Of a stretch of DNA of 64,000 nt, positions 19,035 to 29,000 are shown one piece after another. Numbering within the stretch: position 1 is the first letter of the stretch; each line of letters opens with the position of its first letter. The notes under the pieces are model-generated. The model did no database searches. It was not told the DNA's origin and saw only the letters and a program-made list of their open reading frames with translations. This DNA comes from Candidatus Latescibacterota bacterium (GTDB lineage: Bacteria; Latescibacterota; UBA2968; UBA8231). Location: NCBI GenBank assembly GCA_965223905.1, contig CBDCXV010000011.1, positions 1,312,001 to 1,376,000 of the forward strand, read 5' to 3'. A program made the translations under genes and the position numbers.

Positions 19035-20630
19035 ATGAGCAAACAACTCTTACCCTGCGTCATTTATTTTGTAACGCCTTGGATTTTTAGTCCAGGGTTC
19101 ACCGCGGCACAGATAGATGTCGATGTCGTTGCTGAAAGCATCGTCCGTGTCAGGGCGTACGAGAATAACCAGGTTGCGGTCGAGGGAGCCGGGTTTGTCG
19201 TCAATGAAACGGGACATGTCCTGACGAATGCCCATCTCGTTGAGGAAGCGGAGCGAGTAACGGTATTGTCCCTGAAAACGGGCGCCGAGTCGGTTCCCGA
19301 GCCGGTGTTCGTCGACCGCGAAATCAACCTTGCCCTTTTGCAAGCCGATGGTTTGGACCTGCCTCCCCTCAGACTGTCGGAAAAGGCAGCAGATACAGGC
19401 CGAACCGTCCGGACGCTGCGCTTCGATGTAATGGGGGGTGTCCGGCTTTCTCAGGGAACGATAGGCGCTTACGAAACCATTTTTGACAAAAAGGCGGGCC
19501 TCGCCGTGGGGCGCCTGCTGCAACACAATGCCCTGATAACGGAAAAAGCCTTCGGTATGCCCTTGTTCAACGAATGCGGAGACGTGGTGGCAATCAACAT
19601 GCCGAACCCTCGCAGCGGACCGTGGCCGTTTCGGACAGCGAAACCGAAAGGAGCGGTTTTTGCCTTGAGCAGCAAAGACATGGTAGCTGCTCTCGACGAC
19701 CGCAAAATCGCGCATCAGGCGGTAAATACTGAATGCCTGAGTGCTCTCGAGCGGGCGGAACGGGACAAGCTGGCGACTGCGGATAGCCTGAAGCTGGCAA
19801 GGGCGCAGGCCGACTCGGCTAGAAGGGCCGCAAAAGAGGCAAAGGAGAAAGAAGAGGCGGCCCGGCGGGAGGCGGAAAAGGTGAAAGCGCGAGCGGACGC
19901 TGCGAGAAAGGCGGCGGCCGAGAGCATTCAGGCAGCCAAAGCCCAGGCGGAAAGTCTGAAGATCGCGACAGCACGTGCCGACACCGCGGTAAAAGCTGCG
20001 GCCGCTAGCCTGCTGGCGGTTCAGGCCCAAGCCGAAAGCCTGGAGACAGCGAAAGCGTCGTCCGATTCGGCGACTGATGCGGCCGCCGGCAGCAGTAAGG
20101 AAGCTGCGCAGGAGATCCCGTTGAGCTTGAAGTGGGGAATTCCAGTCGGGGGGGCGCTGGTGTTGCTCACCCTTCTCGGTTGGCTGCTTGCCTCCAACCG
20201 CAGGAAGGAACAATTACGCAGTGCCGAGTCCCGTTTGAAGGCAGCGGAAAAAAACGCTGATGAAGCACACCAGGCTGCGGCCGCCGCACCGAAACCCGCC
20301 CCTTTCAGATGCCTGTTGGAAGGCCGGGACAGCTCCGGCCGGCCATTCGCATTGACCATATCGGCATTGGCATTGAGTGATCCGGCCGGCGTAACGCTGG
20401 GAAGAAGTCCGGAAAATGCCGATTTCGTCATCGACCACGATGAGGTCTCCCGCGAACACGTTCGCCTGAGGTACACAGGCGCCACCCTCTACGCGGAGGA
20501 CTTGGACGCCCTGAACGGGACCAAGGTCAACGGCCGCCTGCTGAACCCGCATGAAACCGCGGTTCTGAGAAACGGGGATCGACTCGAGACAGGCCCGATT
20601 GTTTTCTCGGTGCGCCTGGTCCAGGAGTGA
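19035..20630 (+). CDS. Trypsin-like (probably inactive) domain + Ala/Lys coiled coil + TM + FHA domain
   Basis: GAGFVV...VLTNAH; LFNECGDVVAIN; TM WGIPVGGALVLLTLLGWLL; FHA motifs TLGRS, VSREH, NGTKVNG. Confidence 0.85.
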   Translation: MSKQLLPCVIYFVTPWIFSPGFTAAQIDVDVVAESIVRVRAYENNQVAVEGAGFVVNETGHVLTNAHLVEEAERVTVLSLKTGAESVPEPVFVDREINLALLQADGLDLPPLRLSEKAADTGRTVRTLRFDVMGGVRLSQGTIGAYETIFDKKAGLAVGRLLQHNALITEKAFGMPLFNECGDVVAINMPNPRSGPWPFRTAKPKGAVFALSSKDMVAALDDRKIAHQAVNTECLSALERAERDKLATADSLKLARAQADSARRAAKEAKEKEEAARREAEKVKARADAARKAAAESIQAAKAQAESLKIATARADTAVKAAAASLLAVQAQAESLETAKASSDSATDAAAGSSKEAAQEIPLSLKWGIPVGGALVLLTLLGWLLASNRRKEQLRSAESRLKAAEKNADEAHQAAAAAPKPAPFRCLLEGRDSSGRPFALTISALALSDPAGVTLGRSPENADFVIDHDEVSREHVRLRYTGATLYAEDLDALNGTKVNGRLLNPHETAVLRNGDRLETGPIVFSVRLVQE

Positions 20631-20637
20631 GCTGAAA

Positions 20638-21588
20638 ATGAAAAGACGCAGACCGGAACTCACGATTTTCAACATGTCCGCGCTCGATCTGCTCGCATCC
20701 GCCCTCGGAGCTTTCATCCTGATTACCGTAGTGCTTATCCCCCTTTTTCCGAATCTGGAAATCCTGGGCCAGGTGAGGGGGGAGTTGGCTCAGGCAAAAA
20801 CCGATTTGAAGCAGACGAAGGCAGACCTTGACCTCGCCAAGGCCGAACTGGACCGGAAAGAATCCAGATCCCGGTTGGACCAGGAAAAATCAGAGCGTGA
20901 AAGAACCGAATTGGAGCGAAAAAACGTCGAGCTGAAACAGGAAAAGACCAGGCTCGAGCAGAAAAAGGCATTGGCCCAACAAACAAAAACCGAACTTGTA
21001 GAACAGGTCCAGGCGTTGCAACAAAAGATAGACGACACGAGCGTTCTGCTCGGCATAAGAACAATTGCCAAAAGGTTCGTATTCGTCATAGATATGTCGG
21101 GGAGCATCTACCATCCTGGAGAGCACGACTACCGCCAGTTCATAACCCTGTCCATACAGGACATGCTCGCTGCCTTCAAATCCGAAATAGAGGTCTGCCT
21201 GATCGGTTTTCAGGCTCCTGAACGGGGAACCGCGTTGCATTTCTGGCCCGAAAACAAGGAATACTTCCAGGTCAGGAAGGATGCAGAAAATCAGCTGATA
21301 GAAAAGATAAACGACTGGATGGGAATGGTTGATGGCGTCACCCCCACCCGCGCCGCCTTGCTGGCGGCCATTGCCCTGCACCCCGAGGAAATCATCCTTC
21401 TGAGCGATGGTGCACCCTCGGAGGATTGGCGCACGGTCGTGCGAGCCGTAACCGCCGAAAACAGGCAGAGAATACCCATACACGCAGTAGCCGTGGGGAA
21501 TTATACAGCCGACCGGAAATTCATCGATTTTCTCGTGCATTTGACAAAGCAGAATAACGGGTACGTGGTGGGAGCAAAACCGGGCTGA
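20638..21588 (+). CDS. Membrane-anchored vWA protein with ExbD/TolR/MotB-like N-terminal TM and coiled coil
   Basis: MKRRR...NMSALDLLASALGAFILI (Asp in TM); coiled coil; MIDAS DMSGS, GVTPT, LLSDGAP. Confidence 0.82.
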   Translation: MKRRRPELTIFNMSALDLLASALGAFILITVVLIPLFPNLEILGQVRGELAQAKTDLKQTKADLDLAKAELDRKESRSRLDQEKSERERTELERKNVELKQEKTRLEQKKALAQQTKTELVEQVQALQQKIDDTSVLLGIRTIAKRFVFVIDMSGSIYHPGEHDYRQFITLSIQDMLAAFKSEIEVCLIGFQAPERGTALHFWPENKEYFQVRKDAENQLIEKINDWMGMVDGVTPTRAALLAAIALHPEEIILLSDGAPSEDWRTVVRAVTAENRQRIPIHAVAVGNYTADRKFIDFLVHLTKQNNGYVVGAKPG

Positions 21589-21614
21589 AATGAACAGCCC
21601 AGAGGAGGATAGGC

Positions 21615-22415
21615 ATGGCGAAATCGAACATGGTCAAAGCGAAAATGATCAACTTGGAGCAACGCCTGATCGCCAGCGCCGTCAGTCTGACAGGGGGCAT
21701 CTTATACATAGCGGCTCTGAGCTTTGTTTTCGATCGTCCCGATTCCATTGCAGGCGATTTCCTGTTGGACCGGAACTCCAAAAACTTCTCCTACCCGTTC
21801 ACCATCCAGAACCTCATGTGGCTTTTGTTCTGGTTCGGTTGCGGTGAGCTCTGTGTGCGATTCAACCAGGCCAAATTGGAAATGCAGCAGATTTCCAAAG
21901 GTTACCTGCCGGAAGGGGATGAGGTTATGCTTCAGGCCCACGAATTGGGGCCCTTGCACCAGAAATCCATGCCCGTAGCCAGGGAGCGGACCTTTTATCT
22001 ACCGCGTCTGATCGTGCGTTGCATTCTGCAATTCCAGGGAAGCCGCTCCGTCAACCAGGCCAACTCTCTACTGAATTCCTCCCTTGAATTGTTTCAGCAC
22101 GAGCTCGATCTCAAATATTCGATGCTGCGCTATCTCGTCTGGCTCATACCGACGCTGGGTTTTGTAGGGACTGTCCTTGGCATCGCCCTGTCGTTGGACT
22201 ATGCCGCCAAAATCGTAGACCCGCATGACCCGACCTTGCTGCGCCAGATCACGGGTCGGCTTGGCGTCGCCTTCTACACCACCCTGCTTGCCCTGGTCCA
22301 GTCCATTCTTCTGGTGTTTGCGCTCCACATTGCTCAAACCCGGGAGGAGATGGCCCTTAACCAATCCGGGCAATACTGCCTCGACAACCTTATCAACCGG
22401 CTCTACGAAAAGTAA
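21615..22415 (+). CDS. MotA/TolQ/ExbB proton channel family protein
   Basis: RBS AGAGGAGG; LIPTLGFVGTVLGI and LGVAFYTTLLAL helices typical of the family. Confidence 0.85.
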   Translation: MAKSNMVKAKMINLEQRLIASAVSLTGGILYIAALSFVFDRPDSIAGDFLLDRNSKNFSYPFTIQNLMWLLFWFGCGELCVRFNQAKLEMQQISKGYLPEGDEVMLQAHELGPLHQKSMPVARERTFYLPRLIVRCILQFQGSRSVNQANSLLNSSLELFQHELDLKYSMLRYLVWLIPTLGFVGTVLGIALSLDYAAKIVDPHDPTLLRQITGRLGVAFYTTLLALVQSILLVFALHIAQTREEMALNQSGQYCLDNLINRLYEK

Positions 22416-22467
22416 GTCTCCGTCGAGACCTCTGCGCCTTTGGAAACCCCCAGGAAGGGAGGGAACC

Positions 22468-23124
22468 ATGCCCGTTTTTCGCCGCCCCGATGGCAATATC
22501 ACCGAGAAAAAGACCGAGAAATCCGAACAGGATTCCCCCTCGCCCGACCAGGCCAAAAGGCCGCTGCCACCGGCATCTCAGGAAGGCGATCAAGCAGCTG
22601 GCCCCGGGCGTTTCGATGCAGCCACCAAACGGATGGAGACTGACCATCCTCCGCTCGAATCCGGAGAGGAGGAGAAAACGCGGCTGGTGGGTGGTGGACG
22701 GGCGCGGCGGCCAGGCAAAGGGGTACGCCAGGAAAGCGCCGAAGAGGGCCGCGGTATGGATGATCCGGTTGTGGGATGGTTGGTGATCGTCGATGGGCCG
22801 GGAAAAGGCAGGGCCGTGCAACTGGGGTATGGATCCAATTCCCTCGGGCGCGGCGCAACCGACCGCGTCAAACTCGATTTCGGCGACGACCAGATTTCGC
22901 GAAACGGCCATGCGGTGGTCACGTACGATCCCCGCGGACGGAAGTTTTTCGTGCAGCACGGCGGCGGCACCAACCTGACGTATCTCGGCGACCAGCCCGT
23001 TCTCGCACCGACCGAGTTGCCGGCCCAGGGCCAGATCGGCATCGGAAAAACGGTTCTCCGGTTCGTGCCCTTCTGCGGCGTCGCGTTCGACTGGCAGGAC
23101 TCGGAAGGAAACCAAGACCCTTGA
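22468..23124 (+). CDS. Soluble FHA-domain protein with disordered N-terminus
   Basis: RBS GGAGG; PVVGWLVIVDGPGKG...LGRG...DDQISRNGHA...GTNLT. Confidence 0.82.
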   Translation: MPVFRRPDGNITEKKTEKSEQDSPSPDQAKRPLPPASQEGDQAAGPGRFDAATKRMETDHPPLESGEEEKTRLVGGGRARRPGKGVRQESAEEGRGMDDPVVGWLVIVDGPGKGRAVQLGYGSNSLGRGATDRVKLDFGDDQISRNGHAVVTYDPRGRKFFVQHGGGTNLTYLGDQPVLAPTELPAQGQIGIGKTVLRFVPFCGVAFDWQDSEGNQDP

Positions 23125-24065
23125 CCGAAGGCGGTCGCTGTGCCGCGAAGCAAATCCGCGGCAAACGGAGCTACCAGGAAGATGATTACGGCTTCGTGGA
23201 TGCACGGGCCCTTGGAAAAGACCGTAACGAACACTCCCTGTTACTGGTGGCCGACGGCATGGGCGGGCATGTCGGCGGTGCTGCTGCCAGCGGCCTTCTG
23301 AGAAGGATCTTCGTCGAGGCCTACCCGCGGGCTTCCGGGTCGATCATCGATCGCCTCCAAGGCTGTCTCCAATCGGCAAATACAGCCATCGCCGACGCCA
23401 TTGCCCAAAACCCCGAACTGGACGGCATGGGTTCCACTTTGGTCGCGGCTGTTGTCTCGAGCGAAGGCCTGAACTGGATCAGCGTGGGGGATTCCCCGTT
23501 GTGGTTGTTCCGCAAAGGCGCATTGGAACGGTTGAACGCAGACCACTCCATGGCACCGGTTCTCGCGGACCTGGTAGCTACCGGGAGGATGACCGAAGAG
23601 GAAGCCGCCCGGGATCCAAGCCGGCATTCGCTGCGGGCAGCGGTCATGGGGGATAACCTGCATCTGGTGGACGTATCGCGGCAGCCCGTTCCCGTGGAGA
23701 AAGGCGACCGGCTGTTATTGGCGAGCGACGGTTTGATGACCCTCGGCGATCGGGAGATCGCCGGTATCCTCGAGAAAACGCAGGACGCGTCATTGGAGGA
23801 CAGCGCCGCGGCCCTTATTCAGGCCGTTAAAGCCGCCGGAAATCCCCGTCAGGACAATACCACCCTCTTGTTGTACTCCCCTGCCGAGGGCCCGGAAACA
23901 GCTGCTGATGTTGCTGAAGTTGAAGCCCCAGGTATGCCCCGATTGAAACGTTGGGCCAGACTGTTGGGACGAGCCGCAGGCTGGAAACGAAAAAGGTTCC
24001 AGCCGGAAGAAGGAGACGAGAGTGTAGGGCCGTCGCCGCTACCATCCACCCCCGGTTCCGACTGA
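23121..24065 (+). CDS. PP2C/PPM family Ser/Thr protein phosphatase
   Basis: RSYQED, VADGMGGH, MGSTL, VGDSP, LASDGL, QDNTT; TTG start overlaps the upstream TGA. Confidence 0.92.
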   Translation: MTEGGRCAAKQIRGKRSYQEDDYGFVDARALGKDRNEHSLLLVADGMGGHVGGAAASGLLRRIFVEAYPRASGSIIDRLQGCLQSANTAIADAIAQNPELDGMGSTLVAAVVSSEGLNWISVGDSPLWLFRKGALERLNADHSMAPVLADLVATGRMTEEEAARDPSRHSLRAAVMGDNLHLVDVSRQPVPVEKGDRLLLASDGLMTLGDREIAGILEKTQDASLEDSAAALIQAVKAAGNPRQDNTTLLLYSPAEGPETAADVAEVEAPGMPRLKRWARLLGRAAGWKRKRFQPEEGDESVGPSPLPSTPGSD

Positions 24066-25954
24066 TGGGAGAGGAACAACAGCATCGCCTGGCGTTGCCG
24101 AAAGGGACTCGCATACGCGACTTCGAGTTTCACCGGGTTCTCGGCCACGGCGGGTTCGGGATCACCTACCTGGGATGGAATGTCACTCTGGACATCCCCG
24201 TGGCGATCAAGGAGTACTTCCCCGCGGACCTGGCTACCCGCGAACGGAACCTGTCGGTCGTTCCGCAGACGGACCAGGCCGCCCCCGATTTCCAATGGGG
24301 CCTGGAGCGCTTCCTGGACGAAGCCCGCATCCTCGCCCGCTTTCACCATCCCGGCATAGTCCGCATTCACCACTTCTTCGAAGCCCACCGCACAGCCTAT
24401 ATCGTAATGGACTACGTGGAGGGGGAAAGTCTGTCCGCGTATCTGACGCGCAAGGGAACGCTGAGCGAAAACGAGCTCCATGGCATTCTGGATTCGTTGC
24501 TGAGCGCGTTGGAAGTGGTGCATCGAGCAGACTTTCTGCATCGAGACATCAAGCCCGGCAACATCGTCCTCCGGGCAAAGGATGGCTCCCCGGTGTTGCT
24601 GGACTTTGGCGCCGCGCGTCAGGCAATGGGCGCGAAAAGCCGCTCGGTCACGTCGATAGTAACGCCGGGATATGCGCCGATCGAACAGTATTCGACCCGG
24701 GCGGCTCAAGGAGCCTGGACGGACATTTACGCGCTGGGGGGAGTGTGTTACCGGGCGCTGACCGGAGAAAGCCCTTTCGACGCAACGGACCGGATGCGGA
24801 ACGACCCGCTGATTCCGGTGGCTGAGCACTGCGCGGGCAAAGCAAGTCCAAAGTTTCTTGCGGCGATAGACACTGCCCTGGCGGTAGATGCCCCGGATCG
24901 TCCGCAGAGCATTGCGGCGTGGCGAGAGTCCCTGAGCGATGCGGGGAAAGCGCGCAGGCCCCGGAAGAAGCTTCCATACAAGCTCGTTGCAGCAGTCCTG
25001 GGTCTGGCGGCTCTCCTGATCGGGGGCGAGAGGTATATGGAGCATGCCGAACAGGTGGCATTGGAGGAGAAACGCCGGGAGCAAGCGGCCCTGGAGAAAC
25101 AGGCTCAGGAGCAAGCCGCCCTGGAGAAACAGCGCCAGGACCAGGCCGCGTTGGAGAAGCAGGAGCAGGAAAAAGCCGCCCTGGAGAAACAGCGGCGCAA
25201 ACAAGCCGAATTAAAGAAACAACCGCAGGAACAAGCGGCGCTTGAGAAACAGGCTCGGGAACAAGCCGCCCTGGAGAAACAGCGCCAGGACCGGGCGGCT
25301 TTGGAAAAGCAGCAGCGGGAAAAAGCGGCCCTGGAGAAGCAGCGGCGGGAAGAAAAGGCTGCATCGGAGAAACAGCGCCGGGACCAGGCCGCGTTGGAAA
25401 AACAGCGGCAGAAGGAAGCGTTCGTCGCAGAGGTGGGGCGCCCTCCACATCCGGGCGGAATGAACGACGGCGATAGCGACCTGCATGTTGCCGCGAGACT
25501 GAACCTGCCACTGTTGACCGTATCTCTGCTCGAGCAGGGAGCCGATGTCCTCGCCAGGAACAAGGACGGCTGGACACCGCTCCACGTTGCCGCGAAGGAA
25601 GACGCTTCTGCAACCGCCGAAGTCCTGCTCGAGCAGGGAGCCGATGTCAACGCCAGGGAAACATTGTTTGGCTGGACGCCGCTGCACCTGGCCGCGGCCA
25701 AGGAAGATGCTTCCGCAACCGCCGAGGTCCTGCTCCAACAGAAAGCCGATGTCAACGTCAAGGACAAATTCGGCTGGACACCGCTGCATTCCGCCGCTTC
25801 AAACAATGCTTACAAGACCGCGGAGGTTCTGTTGAACAGCGGGGCTGATGTCAACGCCAGGGACAATCACGGTTGGGGGCCGCTTTACTGGGCGTCGCGG
25901 AAAAAGGCATTCCAGGCGGCGGAAGTCCTGCGCCGTTACGGCGGTCGAGAATGA
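24065..25954 (+). CDS. Hanks-type Ser/Thr kinase + TM + 10-aa coiled-coil repeats + ankyrin repeats
   Basis: GHGGFG, VAIKE, HRDIKPGN, DFG, GYAPIE, DIYALG; TM LVAAVLGLAALLIGG; (EQAALEKQRR)n; GWTPLH.AA...LL..GADVN; TGATG coupling to PP2C. Confidence 0.93.
   Translation: MGEEQQHRLALPKGTRIRDFEFHRVLGHGGFGITYLGWNVTLDIPVAIKEYFPADLATRERNLSVVPQTDQAAPDFQWGLERFLDEARILARFHHPGIVRIHHFFEAHRTAYIVMDYVEGESLSAYLTRKGTLSENELHGILDSLLSALEVVHRADFLHRDIKPGNIVLRAKDGSPVLLDFGAARQAMGAKSRSVTSIVTPGYAPIEQYSTRAAQGAWTDIYALGGVCYRALTGESPFDATDRMRNDPLIPVAEHCAGKASPKFLAAIDTALAVDAPDRPQSIAAWRESLSDAGKARRPRKKLPYKLVAAVLGLAALLIGGERYMEHAEQVALEEKRREQAALEKQAQEQAALEKQRQDQAALEKQEQEKAALEKQRRKQAELKKQPQEQAALEKQAREQAALEKQRQDRAALEKQQREKAALEKQRREEKAASEKQRRDQAALEKQRQKEAFVAEVGRPPHPGGMNDGDSDLHVAARLNLPLLTVSLLEQGADVLARNKDGWTPLHVAAKEDASATAEVLLEQGADVNARETLFGWTPLHLAAAKEDASATAEVLLQQKADVNVKDKFGWTPLHSAASNNAYKTAEVLLNSGADVNARDNHGWGPLYWASRKKAFQAAEVLRRYGGRE
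25060..25420 (+). repeat. ~30-bp degenerate tandem repeats encoding EQAALEKQRR
   Basis: gc(c/g)gccctggagaaacag recurs roughly every 30 bp, about a dozen times. Confidence 0.8.
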
Positions 25955-26018
25955 AAATTACCCGGAACCCATTCTTCACAACCTCCCCGGATTCATCCGG
26001 CCCACAGGAGGATTCCCC

Positions 26019-29000
26019 ATGAAAATTCCGGTTCTCGCATGTATAGTGTTTTTCGCTGTTCTGCTGTTGCCGGCCTCCGGCAATGCCTCCCCCTCCCCTA
26101 TCGACTGGGCGCGTTCCTGCCGGCCGCTCGATGCCGAGAAGTTGGAGCGCGACCATACCGGCAGTCCGGCCGCCAAGTCGCTGACCGATTCGGACGCCGG
26201 CCAAACGCGCACAGTGAAGTTGATCTACTTCCTGCCCAACGACCGCTCCTTCAACTCCGACGTGGTCGACTCCATAAAAGCAAGGATTCCCCGCATTCAG
26301 ACCCTTTACCGCGACCAGATGCAGGCTCGCGGATACGGCAACAAAACCTTCCAGTATGAAACCGACGACCAGGGCGACCCGGTAGTGCATCGCGTGGACG
26401 GGCCGGACTCCGATGCCAGCTATCTCCGCTCGTACCGCAGGGTCGGCGTCGGCAACGTGCTCAACGACCTGAAACCGACATTTGATTCCAGTAGCAGCAT
26501 TCTTTTCATCGTCGTCGACCACAGCACTTACGACAATCTCGGTTGGGGAAACGTGGCGGGGTTTGGCGGGCAGTGGGGCAAAGACAGCGGCTATGCGCTT
26601 CTTCCCCCCAGCTTCACCGTCGAAACCGCGGCCCATGAATTGGGCCATGCCTTCGGCTTGCAGCACGATTTCAACAACGGCGCCAACATCATGTCGTATG
26701 GTCCGGGATGGAACCAGTTATCGGCGTGCAGCGCAGGGTTCCTGGCCGTGCATCCCTACTTCGATGCCGATGTCCCGATTGAAGAACAACAGACCTGGGA
26801 CCTTCTGGCGCCGACCATCGAGCTTGTTTCACCCCTGAGATATCCCGCCGGGTCAACAAGCCTCTCCCTTCAATTCAGGGTCACGGCTTCAGGGGACCGG
26901 GGACTACAGCAGGCCCTTTTCTTCCTCAGATCGAGAGCGCCCCACCCTGCTGCGGGGTCTCACGAGGTGAAGGGGTGCCATGACTTGCAGGGTGTGCGGG
27001 ATACCGTCGTTGTATTCCAACATGACGGGGTTATCCCGTCCGAGGGCTCCGGTAGTCTTTCCGAGTCCCCTACGCATTTCGTTTCCGTGCAGGGAGTCGA
27101 TACCGAGGGGAATGCGAACAGCGGACCCTATCGCGACTCTCATTTCGTCCTGGCGGAAGATTCGCCGCACCATCTCGCCACGCTCTTCAGGTATACGCGA
27201 GATACTTCCCCGGAGATCTATGGCGCCGAGTTCTCACCGGATGGAACGATCCTCGCCGTCAATTCGTCCGCGGGGATCCAGATATGGAACATGGCGACGC
27301 GAGCCGTGGTCGCTACTCTCAGCGGGCGCAGCTCTGCGCTGGCGTTTTCGCCCGACGGGGCCACCCTCGCTTCCGGGTCTTCCTGGACCAACGAGGCCAA
27401 TCTCAAGCTGTGGAACGTGGCCAGCCAGACTCTTGTCGCTACGCTGCCGGGGCATACGGGGGGACCTACAGGTGTCACTTCCCTGGCGTTTTCGCCCGGG
27501 GGGGATACCCTCGCTTCCGGGTCAGGGGATCAGACGATCAAGCTGTGGGACGTGGCGAACCAGACCCTTATCGCCACCCTTACCGGGCATACGAGTCATG
27601 TCTGGTCGGTGGCCTTCTCGCCCGATGGAACCCTCGCTTCCGGGTCGCGGGACGGCACGGTCAAGCTGTGGGACGTGGCATCGCAAACCAATACCGCAAC
27701 CCTGGAGGGAAATACCGGCCGGGTCCTCGACGTGGCGTTCTCCCCCGACGGGACAATCCTCGCTTCGAGCACGGACGGCCCCATGCTGCTATGGAACGTG
27801 GCGACGAGGGATACTATCGCCATCCTCCAGGGTCATGGAGAGGCGTCCTTTTCCCCGGACGGGGCGACACTTGTCACGGGTGGAGGACTGGGCCAGATCC
27901 TGCTATGGAACGTGGCGACGGCGAAGAGCATCGCAAAGCTCGGGCATCCTGACCGGCTGGGGGACACCTGGGGTTTCGGGATCAACGGGGTGTTTTCTCC
28001 CGACGGATCCCTGCTCGCTTCGGAAGGCCTGAAGGGGATCGAGCTGTGGGACGCGTCCGAATGGACGGGAGTCTCTCCGGTGACCTCCGTTCCCGCTCAC
28101 CCGGACAGTGTCGCCCTGGTTGCTCTTTACAATTCCACCAGCGGCGCCAACTGGCGGGACAAGACGAACTGGCTGGGCACCAGGCCCATCGGCGAATGGG
28201 AAGGCGTAAGAACGAACCTCGGTCGGGTATATGATCTGGAAGTCAGTTGGAACGGGTTGAACGGGCCAATTCCCTCTGAACTGGGCAACCTCACCTTCCT
28301 GTCTTCCCTGTACCTTTATGGAAATCAGTTGAGCGGAGAGATACCCTCCGAAATAGGGGACCTCTCAAACCTCAGGTATCTGGAGCTGAACCATAACCAG
28401 TTGAGTGGGCAGATCCCCTCCGAACTCGGCAACCTGTCCAAGCTGGAAACACTGTCGCTCCAGAGTAACCGGTTGAGCGGAGTGGTCCCCGCCGAGCTAA
28501 GCCAGTTGAGCGCCCTGAAGAGACTTTGGCTCTCCAGTAACCAGTTAACTGGTACCATACCGGCAAAGTTGGGAAACCTGACCAACCTGGAGGTCTTGGG
28601 GCTTTCCGGTAACCAGCTGACCGGAACGCTTCCTTCCGAACTGACCAGCCTTTCCGAGCTCGAGTGGTTGTTTCTCTCCGGCAACCAGCTGACCGGAACC
28701 ATACCGGCGGAATTGGGAACCCTGACCAACCTGACGCGCCTGTACCTCTCCGGCAACCAGCTGACCGGAACCATACCGGCGGAGTTGGGCAACCTGACCA
28801 ACCTCACGCACCTGTACCTCGCCGGCAACCAGTTGAGCGGGTGCCTCCCCGCGGGCCTGCGGGACGTGGCGAACAACGACCTGGCCCCGCTCGGTCTGTC
28901 CGACTGCGGCGAGCAGACCACGCATACCCAGGCCACGACCGATTTCAACGGCGACGGCCAGACCGATTTCGTCGACTTCTTCCTCTTTGCCGATGCCTAC

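Noticed and set aside
19035-25954. Calling the operon T6SS-associated (PpkA/PppA/Fha) or a TerY-P triad
   Set aside because: No T6SS structural or ter genes in the window; the vWA protein is membrane-anchored and paired with a MotA/TolQ channel, unlike TerY.
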